IMG/VR virus record: IMGVR_UViG_2910510430_000001
Span: 19,888-83,887 of that record
Source: a virus
Taxonomy: Duplodnaviria > Caudoviricetes
Reading direction: 5' to 3' (one strand)
DNA length: 64,000 nt
Shown: one piece after another, positions 9,001 to 17,881 of the stretch
Position numbering within the stretch: the stretch's first letter is position 1
Layout of the letters: each line of letters opens with the position of its first letter
The notes under the pieces: generated by a model
The model's database searches: none
What the model was told of the DNA's origin: nothing
What the model saw: the letters and a program-made list of their open reading frames with translations, nothing else
Position numbers and translations under genes: made by a program

Positions 9001-9524
9001 TGGCAGGCAATCTGAAGAACAGGGCCGATCAGGGCGAAATGCGCGACATCGTTGAGCGCATCGAGAAGCTGAACGGAGAGAAGGAATCCGAGCGCGGCAC
9101 CTACATGCAGCGCTGCGCCAAGATCAACGAGCGCATCGACCAGGTTCTCGAGGAGGCCAAGGACAAGGGCCTGCCGAAGAAGGTCGTGAAAGCCGTGCTG
9201 AAGGCGCGTGATCTGGAGCGCAGGGCGGACGCGCAGTTCGATGCCCTTGAAGCTGACGACGCCGAGCTGTTCCACGACATTCGCGAGGCCCTCGGTGACT
9301 TCGCCGACAGCCCGCTCGGCGCCGCCGCCGTGCAGCGTGAGGAATCCGGCCAGGACGAGACCACCGCAGCCATCGTCGGCGCCATCGAGGCGGACGAGGA
9401 GCGCGAGAAGATCGACGCTCAGAAGGCCGAGGACGCGGAAGCCTTCGGCGACGACAGCAAGGTGACTTCGATCGATCCCAAGGCCGCTCGCGCGAACCGA
9501 GCCAAGAAGACCGCGAACGCCTGA
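8997..9524 (+). CDS. GapR/DUF2312-like DNA-binding protein with acidic tail
   Basis: MRDIVERIEKLNGEK...DQVLEEAKDKGLPKKVVKAVLKAR. Confidence 0.7.
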   Translation: MMAGNLKNRADQGEMRDIVERIEKLNGEKESERGTYMQRCAKINERIDQVLEEAKDKGLPKKVVKAVLKARDLERRADAQFDALEADDAELFHDIREALGDFADSPLGAAAVQREESGQDETTAAIVGAIEADEEREKIDAQKAEDAEAFGDDSKVTSIDPKAARANRAKKTANA

Positions 9525-9639
9525 TCCCTTTCCGCATGGCGTCATGCCGCGACGAGCCATGCGGATCGGCTGCCACTTCGTCTTCGTCCCCGTTGGCGGA
9601 GTGGCAGCCATCACCCCTCAACCGTGAAGGACTGACCGC

Positions 9640-9912
9640 ATGGAAACCGCACCGCAGAACCGCATGGTCGACAGCGCTGACGATAATCGCACCGCGAACA
9701 ACGCCGTTCGCCACCAGTATCGCGTCCTCTCCGAGGAGGAGAAGTCGCAGATGCAGGAGATCAAAGACATGGGGGCGGCGTTTATCGCCAAGCTCCATGA
9801 GATTGGCGGGACCAACCCGACTGGCCAGTCCTTCGGATCTCGCGATCTCTCCCTCGCCAACACACACGCCGAAGACGCCGTGATGAGGGCAGTGCGCCAC
9901 ATCACTCGCTGA
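9640..9912 (+). CDS. Acb2/Tad1-hairpin-family small protein (putative cyclic-nucleotide sponge)
   Basis: HQYRVLSEEEKSQMQEIKDMG...SRDLSLANTHAEDAVMRAVRHIT. Confidence 0.7.
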   Translation: METAPQNRMVDSADDNRTANNAVRHQYRVLSEEEKSQMQEIKDMGAAFIAKLHEIGGTNPTGQSFGSRDLSLANTHAEDAVMRAVRHITR

Positions 9913-9921
9913 CCAGTAGCC

Positions 9922-10020
9922 AGCGGCTCCGGCTGCGAACCTCCTCCCGTTCGCAGATGGCCCGTCGGCAGAACCGGTGCACCGGAGCTGCCACCACTCT
10001 CCCGGCCGGAGCGGGAGAGC
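9922..10020 (+). ncRNA. Structured intergenic element with a CCUCCUCCC loop (cuckoo-like sRNA candidate)
   Basis: Stem CTGCGAAC/GTTCGCAG around CTCCTCCC, inside outer stem GCGGCTCCGG/CCGGAGCTGC. Confidence 0.45.
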
Positions 10021-10042
10021 ACCCAATTTTACGAGGGGCCCA

Positions 10043-10141
10043 ATGATCTTCTGGATTCTAGCGAGCTTTGCTGTCGGGTTTGTCCTCGGCGCCGCCGCAG
10101 TCGTTGGCCTTCTGGCCCGCGCCATAGGACCGCTGTGGTGA
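10043..10141 (+). CDS. 32-aa hydrophobic peptide
   Basis: MIFWILASFAVGFVLGAAAVVGLLARAIGPLW; GAGG RBS; GTGA overlap with the next gene. Confidence 0.5.
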   Translation: MIFWILASFAVGFVLGAAAVVGLLARAIGPLW

Positions 10142-10728
10142 GCCCGGTGCGCGCCCCAACCATCCTCTTCATCGACGCGGCCTCAGCTGCCGGCTGGGCC
10201 TTCGGGCCCGCCGGGCAGGCGCCGCGCTCTGGCTCTTTCCGCTGGGCTTCTGTCGGCGCGTCTCACGGCGCGATCTCGTGGGGCGTCATCCGCTGGATGC
10301 AGAAGTTCCTCGCCGAGAATAAGCCGGACGAGGTGGTCTACGAGAAGCCAATGACGCCCACCCAGATGGGCGGCAAGACCAATGTGGCTACCACCCGCAT
10401 GCTCATGGGCATTCCGTTCGCGATCGAAGGGATCTGCTACGGTCTCGGCCATCGCAAGCTCTCTGAATTGTCAGTCGACTCCATCCGCAAGCACTTCATC
10501 GGCCGCAATGTTCGCGGCGAGGAGGGCAAGGAGAAGGTTTGGCGGAAATGCGTCGGCCTCGGCTGGATCGACCCCGAGAGCGACGATGATCTGAGCTTGG
10601 ACCGGACCGACGCCCTAGCCGGTTGGTCCTATGCCGAGACCATCCTTGCCCCAAGGCTCGCAACGCCCGTCGATGACCTGGTCGTGGCGGCCGAGGCGAA
10701 GAAGCGCGGGAAGGTGTTCCGGCCATGA
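10138..10728 (+). CDS. RuvC-like Holliday junction resolvase
   Basis: ILFIDAASAAGWA, VVYEKP, SIRKHFIG, DRTDALA. Confidence 0.75.
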   Translation: MSPVRAPTILFIDAASAAGWAFGPAGQAPRSGSFRWASVGASHGAISWGVIRWMQKFLAENKPDEVVYEKPMTPTQMGGKTNVATTRMLMGIPFAIEGICYGLGHRKLSELSVDSIRKHFIGRNVRGEEGKEKVWRKCVGLGWIDPESDDDLSLDRTDALAGWSYAETILAPRLATPVDDLVVAAEAKKRGKVFRP

Positions 10729-11231
10729 GTTCGCACGCCTGCCCATGCTGCGGCGGTGCGATCGCGCCGCTCGAACTGGTCATCGACTATGAGCACCGCC
10801 GTGTGACGCGCGCCGGCGTGACCGTTTTGGTGCCGCCCTCCGCCTTCACCCTTCTTGTCCGGCTGGTTGACGCTTACCCGCGGGTGGTGTCCCGGGCCGA
10901 GCTTGCGGAGGGCATTGGCCCTCACGCGCTCAAGAAGGCGTTCAGCGTCCATATGAGCCGGCTGCGCAAGCGGATCGAGGCTCTAGGCATTCGCATCGAC
11001 GTGAATTTCGGCATCGGCCACGCTCTTCGCCTCGTCGATCCGTCGGCAACCGACGAGCCAGATCGGCAGGCGACCTACGCTCGGCGATCGATTGGCAGCG
11101 GCGACGTTGCTGTCGTGCGGATGCTCCTCGCGCAGGGGCTCGGCAACGTCGAGACGGCGATGCGGGCGAATGTCACCCTCGCCAACGTCCTGTCCATCGC
11201 TTCGAGCCCGGCCGAACAGGTGCGGCCATGA
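10725..11231 (+). CDS. OmpR-type winged-helix DNA-binding protein
   Basis: LVPPSAFTLLVRLVDAYPRVVSRAEL...SVHMSRLRKRI...GIGHAL. Confidence 0.75.
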   Translation: MSSHACPCCGGAIAPLELVIDYEHRRVTRAGVTVLVPPSAFTLLVRLVDAYPRVVSRAELAEGIGPHALKKAFSVHMSRLRKRIEALGIRIDVNFGIGHALRLVDPSATDEPDRQATYARRSIGSGDVAVVRMLLAQGLGNVETAMRANVTLANVLSIASSPAEQVRP

Positions 11232-11824
11232 GCGAGACGAAGGTCAAGAGCGCCCATGTGTGGGAGCGCAACGAGCACGACTGGTATGTCGAGCCCGAGG
11301 TCGCAACCCTCCAGCTGCTCTCTCAGGAGCGCTTCGTCGGCCGGATCCACGATCCATGCTGCGGGCAGGGGAACATCGTCCGGTCGTTGATCGCCTCCGG
11401 CTACCCCGCAAGCGGCTCCGACGTCGTGGATCGAACTGGCGGCGCCGGCTGGTTCAAGGGGGAATCCGACTTCCTCAGCGACCGCGCCTGCTTCGCCGAC
11501 AACATCGTGATGAACCCGCCCTTCTTCAAAGCGAAGGGGGCCGAGGCCTTCATCCGCAAGGCGCTGTCGGTCGCCAGGGGCAAGGTCGCGGCCTTCGTGG
11601 ACGTCCGGTTTATCTCCGGCGCCGGTCGCGCAAACGACCTGTTCGCCGAGTTCGCCCCTGATCGCGTCTGGATCCTGACGCCGCGCGTCTCATGCCCGCC
11701 GGGCGAGGTGCTGCTCGCCGGCGGCAAGGCCACCGGCGGCACCGCGGACTGGTGCTGGCTGGTCTGGGACAAGACCGCCCCCTTCACGGGTACCACCCTT
11801 AACTGGCTGCGTAGGAGCGCCTGA
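11228..11824 (+). CDS. Putative N6-adenine DNA methyltransferase
   Basis: HDPCCGQGNI and NIVMNPPF motifs. Confidence 0.75.
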   Translation: MSETKVKSAHVWERNEHDWYVEPEVATLQLLSQERFVGRIHDPCCGQGNIVRSLIASGYPASGSDVVDRTGGAGWFKGESDFLSDRACFADNIVMNPPFFKAKGAEAFIRKALSVARGKVAAFVDVRFISGAGRANDLFAEFAPDRVWILTPRVSCPPGEVLLAGGKATGGTADWCWLVWDKTAPFTGTTLNWLRRSA

Positions 11825-11991
11825 TGCCATACGTCTTCGACTTGCTGTCCTTGGCCGTCCTGGTGATCGGGATGGTGGGCGTCCTCCGCTCTGGGCGGGC
11901 GTGGGGCCCGGGCGAAAAGTTCTTCATGATCTGCCTTGGCTGGGCCTGCATCCGCCTCGTGATGCCGGTCTACTGGCTGGTGACGTCATGA
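11824..11991 (+). CDS. Small membrane protein
   Basis: Manual translation MPYVFDLLSLAVLVIG...; coupled on both sides. Confidence 0.5.
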   Translation: MPYVFDLLSLAVLVIGMVGVLRSGRAWGPGEKFFMICLGWACIRLVMPVYWLVTS

Positions 11992-12311
11992 GCGAGAAGC
12001 GCGTCAAGGGCGCAGCCTTCTTCGACATCCCGATTGTCGACTCCCTGAAGCTCAACCGGACGATCGTCGATCGCGGCGAGGCTGGCATCACAGTCGGCAC
12101 CCGTGATCGCAACGCCAGCCCGAATGCGACGGTCGTCAACGAGGAAGTCTCGTTCACCATCGCCGAGCTGCAGTCGTGCGCGATCCTCGTCATGGAGGGA
12201 AATCCCCGCGTGACCGAGGTGAAGGGCAAGCAGATGGGCAAGGTGCTCGCTGCCGGCGTCATCGCCCTCGCTCATGCGATCGGCCTCGCCCAACAGGGGC
12301 AGGGCGAATGA
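11988..12311 (+). CDS. Hypothetical protein
   Basis: ATGA overlaps on both sides. Confidence 0.6.
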   Translation: MSEKRVKGAAFFDIPIVDSLKLNRTIVDRGEAGITVGTRDRNASPNATVVNEEVSFTIAELQSCAILVMEGNPRVTEVKGKQMGKVLAAGVIALAHAIGLAQQGQGE

Positions 12312-12493
12312 CCTCGCTCCCCATCCTCAACCTCGCCGTGGCTCTGCTCGTCTCGGCGCTCCTCTTCGGCATCGGGATCGGGGTGTGCTTCGACCCTTCC
12401 GAAAGTGCCCGGACCCTGCGGGCAGTCATCGGCGCAGCGCTCATGACCATGGGCGCCTTCGTCTACCTCCTCGTCTACATCGCGGTGATCTGA
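12308..12493 (+). CDS. Small two-TM membrane protein
   Basis: Hydrophobic, translationally coupled. Confidence 0.55.
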   Translation: MTSLPILNLAVALLVSALLFGIGIGVCFDPSESARTLRAVIGAALMTMGAFVYLLVYIAVI

Positions 12494-12804
12494 TGAACGT
12501 CTTCTACGTCTGCACCACTCACACCAGCGCGGCCACCGGGCGACCAAGCTGGTACTTTTTCGAGGCCGATGTCGCTGGCCTCGCGGAGCTAACCCAGCGC
12601 CTGAACGACGGCGAACTGATCTACGGCCACGTCCTGAATTACACACGCGATCCGGACGGCGACGAAGGTCTGCGAATCGTGGTCGGCGCCCGCGAGCACG
12701 TCCTCAGCAAGCACGAGGTCAAGAATGCGGCTGTCCCGCATTGCCGGTTCGTTCGGTACGAGGACGAGGGGGCGACCCTTGCTGTGAACGAGGTGCGCCC
12801 ATGA
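12493..12804 (+). CDS. Hypothetical protein
   Basis: TGATG coupling. Confidence 0.6.
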   Translation: MNVFYVCTTHTSAATGRPSWYFFEADVAGLAELTQRLNDGELIYGHVLNYTRDPDGDEGLRIVVGAREHVLSKHEVKNAAVPHCRFVRYEDEGATLAVNEVRP

Positions 12805-13337
12805 CTTGCATCGTGGGGCTTGTTGCCGAGGGCCGCATTCACATGGGGGCGGACAGCGCCGGTGTCGCTGGCCTGGACCTCGTGGTCCGTGCCGACCGCA
12901 AGGTGTTCCGCAATGGCGAGTTCGTCATGGGCTTCACCTCGTCTTTCCGGATGGGGCAGCTGCTGGCCTACTCCCTCACGCCGCCGCGGCGTCACGCGGA
13001 CGAGGATGTGTTCGCCTTCATGGTGAAGGACTTCGTCGACGAGGTGCGAAGCTGCCTGAAGCGCGGCGGCTTCGCTTCCTTGAACAATGGTGTTGAGGAG
13101 GGCGGGACCTTCCTCGTCGGCCATGCTGGCCGCCTATTCGAGGTGGCGGGGGATTATCAGGTCGGCGAGTGCGCGCTTCCGTTCGCTGCCTGCGGCTGTG
13201 GCGCGCAGGTGGCATTGGGATCGTTGCATTCGACCGAAGGTCTCTCTCCGGACGAGCGAGTGCTGAAAGCGCTGCAGGCGGCGGAGGCGTTTTCGGCTGG
13301 CGTCCGCGCCCCGTTCCACACTGAGGTGCTCGGGTGA
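12801..13337 (+). CDS. HslV/proteasome-like Ntn hydrolase
   Basis: Met-Thr start TCIVGL...GADS, RKVF, late GCGAQVALG. Confidence 0.72.
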   Translation: MTCIVGLVAEGRIHMGADSAGVAGLDLVVRADRKVFRNGEFVMGFTSSFRMGQLLAYSLTPPRRHADEDVFAFMVKDFVDEVRSCLKRGGFASLNNGVEEGGTFLVGHAGRLFEVAGDYQVGECALPFAACGCGAQVALGSLHSTEGLSPDERVLKALQAAEAFSAGVRAPFHTEVLG

Positions 13338-13648
13338 CCAACGCCATCCGCATTGGCTTCATGGCCGGGCGCGGCGTCTCCGTCGAGGAGATCGCCGCGC
13401 AGTTCAGCACGCAGCCGGGCCTCATCCGCAATGCGTTGCGTGTCGCTGGTGTCGAGGTGCCGAAGAGCGCCGGCGGCCCGACGATCCACCTGATCGTGCC
13501 GATCGCATCCTTCATTCCCGAGATCGACGACGTCGGCCGCCGCCGGAAGATGAGCCGCGAAGAAATCGCGTGCGAGATCCTCCGCGTCGTCATGGCCGGC
13601 GGCGCCGGCGACATCGAAGCGATCATCGACAGAGGTGACAGATCGTAA
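13334..13648 (+). CDS. Small HTH-like protein
   Basis: GVSVEEIAAQFSTQPGLIRNAL. Confidence 0.55.
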   Translation: MTNAIRIGFMAGRGVSVEEIAAQFSTQPGLIRNALRVAGVEVPKSAGGPTIHLIVPIASFIPEIDDVGRRRKMSREEIACEILRVVMAGGAGDIEAIIDRGDRS

Positions 13649-15885
13649 TGGCAACCGAAGGGTTCGATCTCAGGCCCGGCGCCATCGAGCACGTCGCGCA
13701 GGCTTTCCTCGAGGCGAGCCAAGGGGCGCCGAACAAGCACCTGTCGACGCCCGGGCGGGAGCTGCGCTATGGCCGCAACGGCTCACTGTCGGTCGACCTC
13801 GTCAAACAGACCTGGCACGACCACGAGGATCAGACGGGCGGCGGGGTCTTCGACCTGCTGCAGTCCTTCGGCGGGCTCAACAAGGCCGAGGCAGTCGAGT
13901 GGCTGCAGAGCCACGACTACCTGCCGAAGCGCGACATGCCGCAGCGATCGAACGGGAAGGGGGCATCGGCCCCCTCGAACATTCCCGGGGGATTCCCCGA
14001 CTGGATGGATCCGAAGCCGATCGCCTGCTTCGAATATCACGACGATCACGGGCGCCTGGCCTATCAGGTCCTGAAATTCCCAAAGGATGCGCAGCGCCGC
14101 TACATGCAGCGCCGCCGGGCACCGGATGGCGGCTGGATCTGGGCGCTGCAGGCCGGCGACTTCCACAAGATCAAGTCCGGGGACTGGTTCAAGGTCAAGG
14201 ACGACAAGGTCTACCCGGAGGTGCGCCGCTTCGAGGAGTCCGAACGCTGGCTCTACCATCGCGCCGAGGTGCTGAAGGCGATCAAGGCCGGCACGCCAGT
14301 CTTCCTGACCGAAGGCGAGAAGGACGTCGAGACGCTGCGCGCCTGGGGTTTCGTCGCGACGACGAACGCGGGCGGCGCGAAATACTGGCAGGAGTCCTTC
14401 AACGAGGATCTCGCCGGCAGCAACATCGTCATCCTCAACGACAACGACGACCCCGGCCGGACCCGCGCGCTCGTGCGCGGCGGCGAACTGAGGGGCAAGG
14501 CGAAGACGGTCCGGCTGCTGGATCTGTCGAAGCACTGGCCGGACATGCCCGAGAAGGGCGACGTGACAGATTGGGCGGAGAAGGGTGGCGGCACCAAGGA
14601 TCGGTTCGCCGAGCTGGCCAAGGACGCGCCGCTGTGGCGGCCGGAGCCGCCGAAGACCCGCTTCGGTGCACTGCAGTGGAACGAGATCGATTCCGCCGGG
14701 CCTGAATACGAATACCTGATCGACGGCTGGCTGACTGAGCACGGCCGGTCGATCATTGGCGGGCCATCGCAGTCCGGCAAGAGCTTCCTCGCCATCCATG
14801 CGGCGCTGTCGGTGGCGCGCGGCGTCGACTTCTTCGGCTGCCCAACCAAGCGCGGCGGCGTGATCTATCAGGCGGGCGAGGGCGCCGCCGGCGTGAAGAA
14901 ACGGATCAAGGCCTACCGCGCACACTTCGGGGTCGAGCTGGACGACGATGTGCCGCTCGTCTTCCTCGGTGCCAAGGTCGACCTGTTCTCCAAGGAAGGC
15001 GACACGGCCCCCCTGATCGAGGAGATCAAGGCGCAGGCGCTGATGATGTCGGAGAAGCTTCGGCTCATCGTCATCGACACGCTGGCCACCGCCACGTCAG
15101 GCGCCGACGAGAACTCCGGCAAGGATATGTCGGTCGTCCTCGCGAACATCGCCAAGATCGAGCAGGAGTGCCGCGCGCACGTCGTTCTCGTCCATCACAT
15201 GAACTCGGAAGGCCGCAAGCTGCGTGGCCACACGTCGCTGTTCGCTGACGTCGACCAGGTCATCACGGTGACCATGGACGAGGACAGCCGGATTCGGACG
15301 GCCGTCCTGGCCAAGCAGAAGGACGACGAGAACAACATCAAGATCGCCTTCGAGCTGCATTCGGTGAAGGTCGGCTATCACGAGCGTCTGCAGAAGGACA
15401 TCACGTCCTGCGTCGTGCTGCCGGTGGGCGAGAAGGAGAAGCTGAAGGCCGAGCAGGAGCGCCAGGGGCTCTCGGTGAACCCGACCGAGCGGGACATCAT
15501 GACCTACCTGTTCGAGGCGATCGAGCGCTACGGCGTCTTCGTTGCGTCGAGCGACGACGGGCCGCCGGCGGCCATCGGCAAGGTGGCGGTGGACTTCCGC
15601 CGGGTAATCGACATCGCGGTATCCAAGACCGTCGCCGAGGAGGACCCGAAGAAGGCGCGCGACGCTTTCAGCAAGCGCTTCAGCCGGGCGATGGGCGGTA
15701 TGCTCAAGGCTCGCCTGATCGGCATCGACCGGCCGTTCATCTGGTGGACCGGCAAGCCGATCCGCGGATTCCCCCGCACCTTCGGCAGGCAGGATGAGTA
15801 TCAGCGCGTGCCACCCCAGATCTCGAGCGACACGTCGCCCGGTCTGGACGAGGTCCTCGATGAGCCGGAGATCCCGTTCCTATGA
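13648..15885 (+). CDS. Primase-helicase (TOPRIM plus RepA/AAA_25 helicase)
   Basis: FLTEGEKDV, DNDDPG, GGPSQSGKS, IVIDTL, VHHMNS. Confidence 0.92.
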   Translation: MATEGFDLRPGAIEHVAQAFLEASQGAPNKHLSTPGRELRYGRNGSLSVDLVKQTWHDHEDQTGGGVFDLLQSFGGLNKAEAVEWLQSHDYLPKRDMPQRSNGKGASAPSNIPGGFPDWMDPKPIACFEYHDDHGRLAYQVLKFPKDAQRRYMQRRRAPDGGWIWALQAGDFHKIKSGDWFKVKDDKVYPEVRRFEESERWLYHRAEVLKAIKAGTPVFLTEGEKDVETLRAWGFVATTNAGGAKYWQESFNEDLAGSNIVILNDNDDPGRTRALVRGGELRGKAKTVRLLDLSKHWPDMPEKGDVTDWAEKGGGTKDRFAELAKDAPLWRPEPPKTRFGALQWNEIDSAGPEYEYLIDGWLTEHGRSIIGGPSQSGKSFLAIHAALSVARGVDFFGCPTKRGGVIYQAGEGAAGVKKRIKAYRAHFGVELDDDVPLVFLGAKVDLFSKEGDTAPLIEEIKAQALMMSEKLRLIVIDTLATATSGADENSGKDMSVVLANIAKIEQECRAHVVLVHHMNSEGRKLRGHTSLFADVDQVITVTMDEDSRIRTAVLAKQKDDENNIKIAFELHSVKVGYHERLQKDITSCVVLPVGEKEKLKAEQERQGLSVNPTERDIMTYLFEAIERYGVFVASSDDGPPAAIGKVAVDFRRVIDIAVSKTVAEEDPKKARDAFSKRFSRAMGGMLKARLIGIDRPFIWWTGKPIRGFPRTFGRQDEYQRVPPQISSDTSPGLDEVLDEPEIPFL

Positions 15886-16178
15886 CGAAGCTACTCCCGC
15901 AGAAGCGCCAGACCTACACCGAGAAGCAGCGCTTCATCGTCTATGTTCTCTGGCTGCACGGTGCGACCGAATCCACGGCCGGCAAGGTCGCCGGCCTGCG
16001 CAAGAAGCAGGTCGCCGGCATCATCGCGCGGTCCGAATACACCAATCGCGGCGCCATGACGCTCGACCAGCGGGCGGCCTACCTCCGAGAGCTGGCCGCT
16101 ATTCGCTATGATGAACAGGGCAAGCCTGTCGACGACGGGTTGCTGCCGGATCTCGTGTTCATGCCGTCGACCGGCTAG
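15882..16178 (+). CDS. Hypothetical protein, possible HTH
   Basis: ATGA overlap with primase. Confidence 0.6.
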   Translation: MTKLLPQKRQTYTEKQRFIVYVLWLHGATESTAGKVAGLRKKQVAGIIARSEYTNRGAMTLDQRAAYLRELAAIRYDEQGKPVDDGLLPDLVFMPSTG

Positions 16179-16259
16179 GTTCGTCTTCACCGCTCCTTAG
16201 ATCTCCGCGTGTTGATGAAGATGGGCGAGTAGCTAATCCCGATCGAGAGGGGTCTTGAA

Positions 16260-16469
16260 TTGAAAAAACCCGTCATAGGCGAGCGTCAAGCTGATCTACT
16301 GCAGAACAATTGCTACAACTTGCAAGGCTTAGCGGAGAGACTTCGCGAGGCCGGGTATGGACAAGAGGCAAGAGACGTCGACAAAGCCGCAAATGAGCTG
16401 TTTCGCATCGGCGCCAGCCTGAGGGAGGAGCTCAACAGGAAATGGGCCCTCAAGAACAGGAGCCGGTAG
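16260..16469 (+). CDS. Hypothetical protein
   Basis: TTG start after GAGAGG. Confidence 0.45.
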   Translation: MKKPVIGERQADLLQNNCYNLQGLAERLREAGYGQEARDVDKAANELFRIGASLREELNRKWALKNRSR

Positions 16470-17102
16470 GTGGCGGGAACTATCGAAGAGCGCAAGCGCA
16501 AGCTGCGAGATGGCGGTTGGCAGCCTCACCCGCAGGCGTCGATGCTGCGGCCGGTCGAATCCCGGCCGCGCTCCATTGCCGGGCTCGACTTCACGGACAC
16601 CGAGACCGTCGTGAAGGACGGCGAGCTGCGGGTCGAGGCGATCCGCGTCTTCGCCATCGTCAACGAGAACTCCGATGCGTTCTCGCACCTCGTCGTTCAG
16701 GGCTGGCTCAAGCGCAACCACGAAGCGCAGTCGACGGCGGACATCCGGGCGGTGGTGGCGAACCGCTATCGCTCGCTCCGCGAATCCTCGCAGGTCTCCG
16801 CCCTGAAGGGGCAGAGCTACGAGCCGCGGATGTCGGTTGGTGGGGGCGGCGGCCGGAGTGTCAGCGATCACGCGCTCGACAGCATTCGAGTGCTGGAGCG
16901 GATCAACCAGACAGTCGCCGATCACAATGCGCTGGTCGCCGTGCAGCAGGTGCTCTGGGAGGACCGCTGGATCTGGGCGGGGAAAAAGGGGAAGGCGGCG
17001 ACGCGGCAAGTGAACCGCGTTCTCCGCGGACTTGACCACCTCGCCGCCTCCTTCGGCTACATCACGCCTGACGAGGTCAGGCTGCGTTGGACTGCTGACT
17101 GA
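16470..17102 (+). CDS. Putative late-gene transcription regulator (Q-position, DUF6456-like)
   Basis: End of the replication operon; ...VLRGLDHLAASFG C-terminus. Confidence 0.55.
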   Translation: MAGTIEERKRKLRDGGWQPHPQASMLRPVESRPRSIAGLDFTDTETVVKDGELRVEAIRVFAIVNENSDAFSHLVVQGWLKRNHEAQSTADIRAVVANRYRSLRESSQVSALKGQSYEPRMSVGGGGGRSVSDHALDSIRVLERINQTVADHNALVAVQQVLWEDRWIWAGKKGKAATRQVNRVLRGLDHLAASFGYITPDEVRLRWTAD

Positions 17103-17370
17103 TCGCCTTGCGATCTTCTTCGGCCTTGATCTCAGCTTCACGGGCTTTGCCCAGCTCGACCAGCTCGTCGTCTGCCTGAGGGGACCAGGGCGGCAAGCCA
17201 ACGCGCAGTGCGGACATCGCGAGCTGCTCCTGTCGCGTCAGGTCCCTGTTCCCTGTTGCGAGCATGCTGGTGGTTCGGGCGTTGCCGATACCGAGCAGCT
17301 CTCCCGCCGCCTTGTTCGTCAGCCCCATCGCCGCCGCCCATCGGCGGAACAGGGTCGGGCTCTTGCGCAT
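17077..17370 (-). CDS. HTH protein
   Basis: FRRWAAAMGLTNKAAGELLGIG. Confidence 0.65.
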   Translation of the reverse strand: MRKSPTLFRRWAAAMGLTNKAAGELLGIGNARTTSMLATGNRDLTRQEQLAMSALRVGLPPWSPQADDELVELGKAREAEIKAEEDRKAISQQSNAA

Positions 17371-17372
17371 GC

Positions 17373-17819
17373 TCACTCCTCCTTCATCGCCTTGTCGGTG
17401 ATCGCCTTGGCGATCGCCCGGTTCTTGGGATCCTGCAGCAGGCCGATCACAACAGCTGCTACGTGGGGGATCTCCTGCTCGTCGTCGAGCCACTTCACGA
17501 TGCGCGCCTGGGGCACGCCGTAGAGCAGCGCGAAGCTGTGCGGGTTCAGCTCGGCCGTGCGCAGGGCAACGGCCAGTTCCTCGCCGGTCATGCGAGTGTA
17601 TTCCCCCTTGCGCTTGGACTCGACCCGGCGATGGGTGAGCTTGGCAGAGAGGGCGCGCTGTGCCGCGCCCTCCGCTTCCTCGGCCGTGTCGAACCGGGCC
17701 ACCTGACCGCCGACCTTCACCAGCTCGGGGACGAAACCGGCAAGGGCGAACTGCCCGACGAACCGATCTCCTCGGGCGAGGGCCTTGGCGATGGGGCGGG
17801 ATGCCGGCTTGTCGGCCAT
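17373..17819 (-). CDS. Protein with C-terminal HTH
   Basis: MTGEELAVAL...FALLYGVPQARIVKWL. Confidence 0.6.
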   Translation of the reverse strand: MADKPASRPIAKALARGDRFVGQFALAGFVPELVKVGGQVARFDTAEEAEGAAQRALSAKLTHRRVESKRKGEYTRMTGEELAVALRTAELNPHSFALLYGVPQARIVKWLDDEQEIPHVAAVVIGLLQDPKNRAIAKAITDKAMKEE

Positions 17820-17881
17820 GTCGGAACTCCGTGCGCTGGCCTGCTCGTATAGCGCAGGGACATGCAGGAAGTCAGGTCCGA

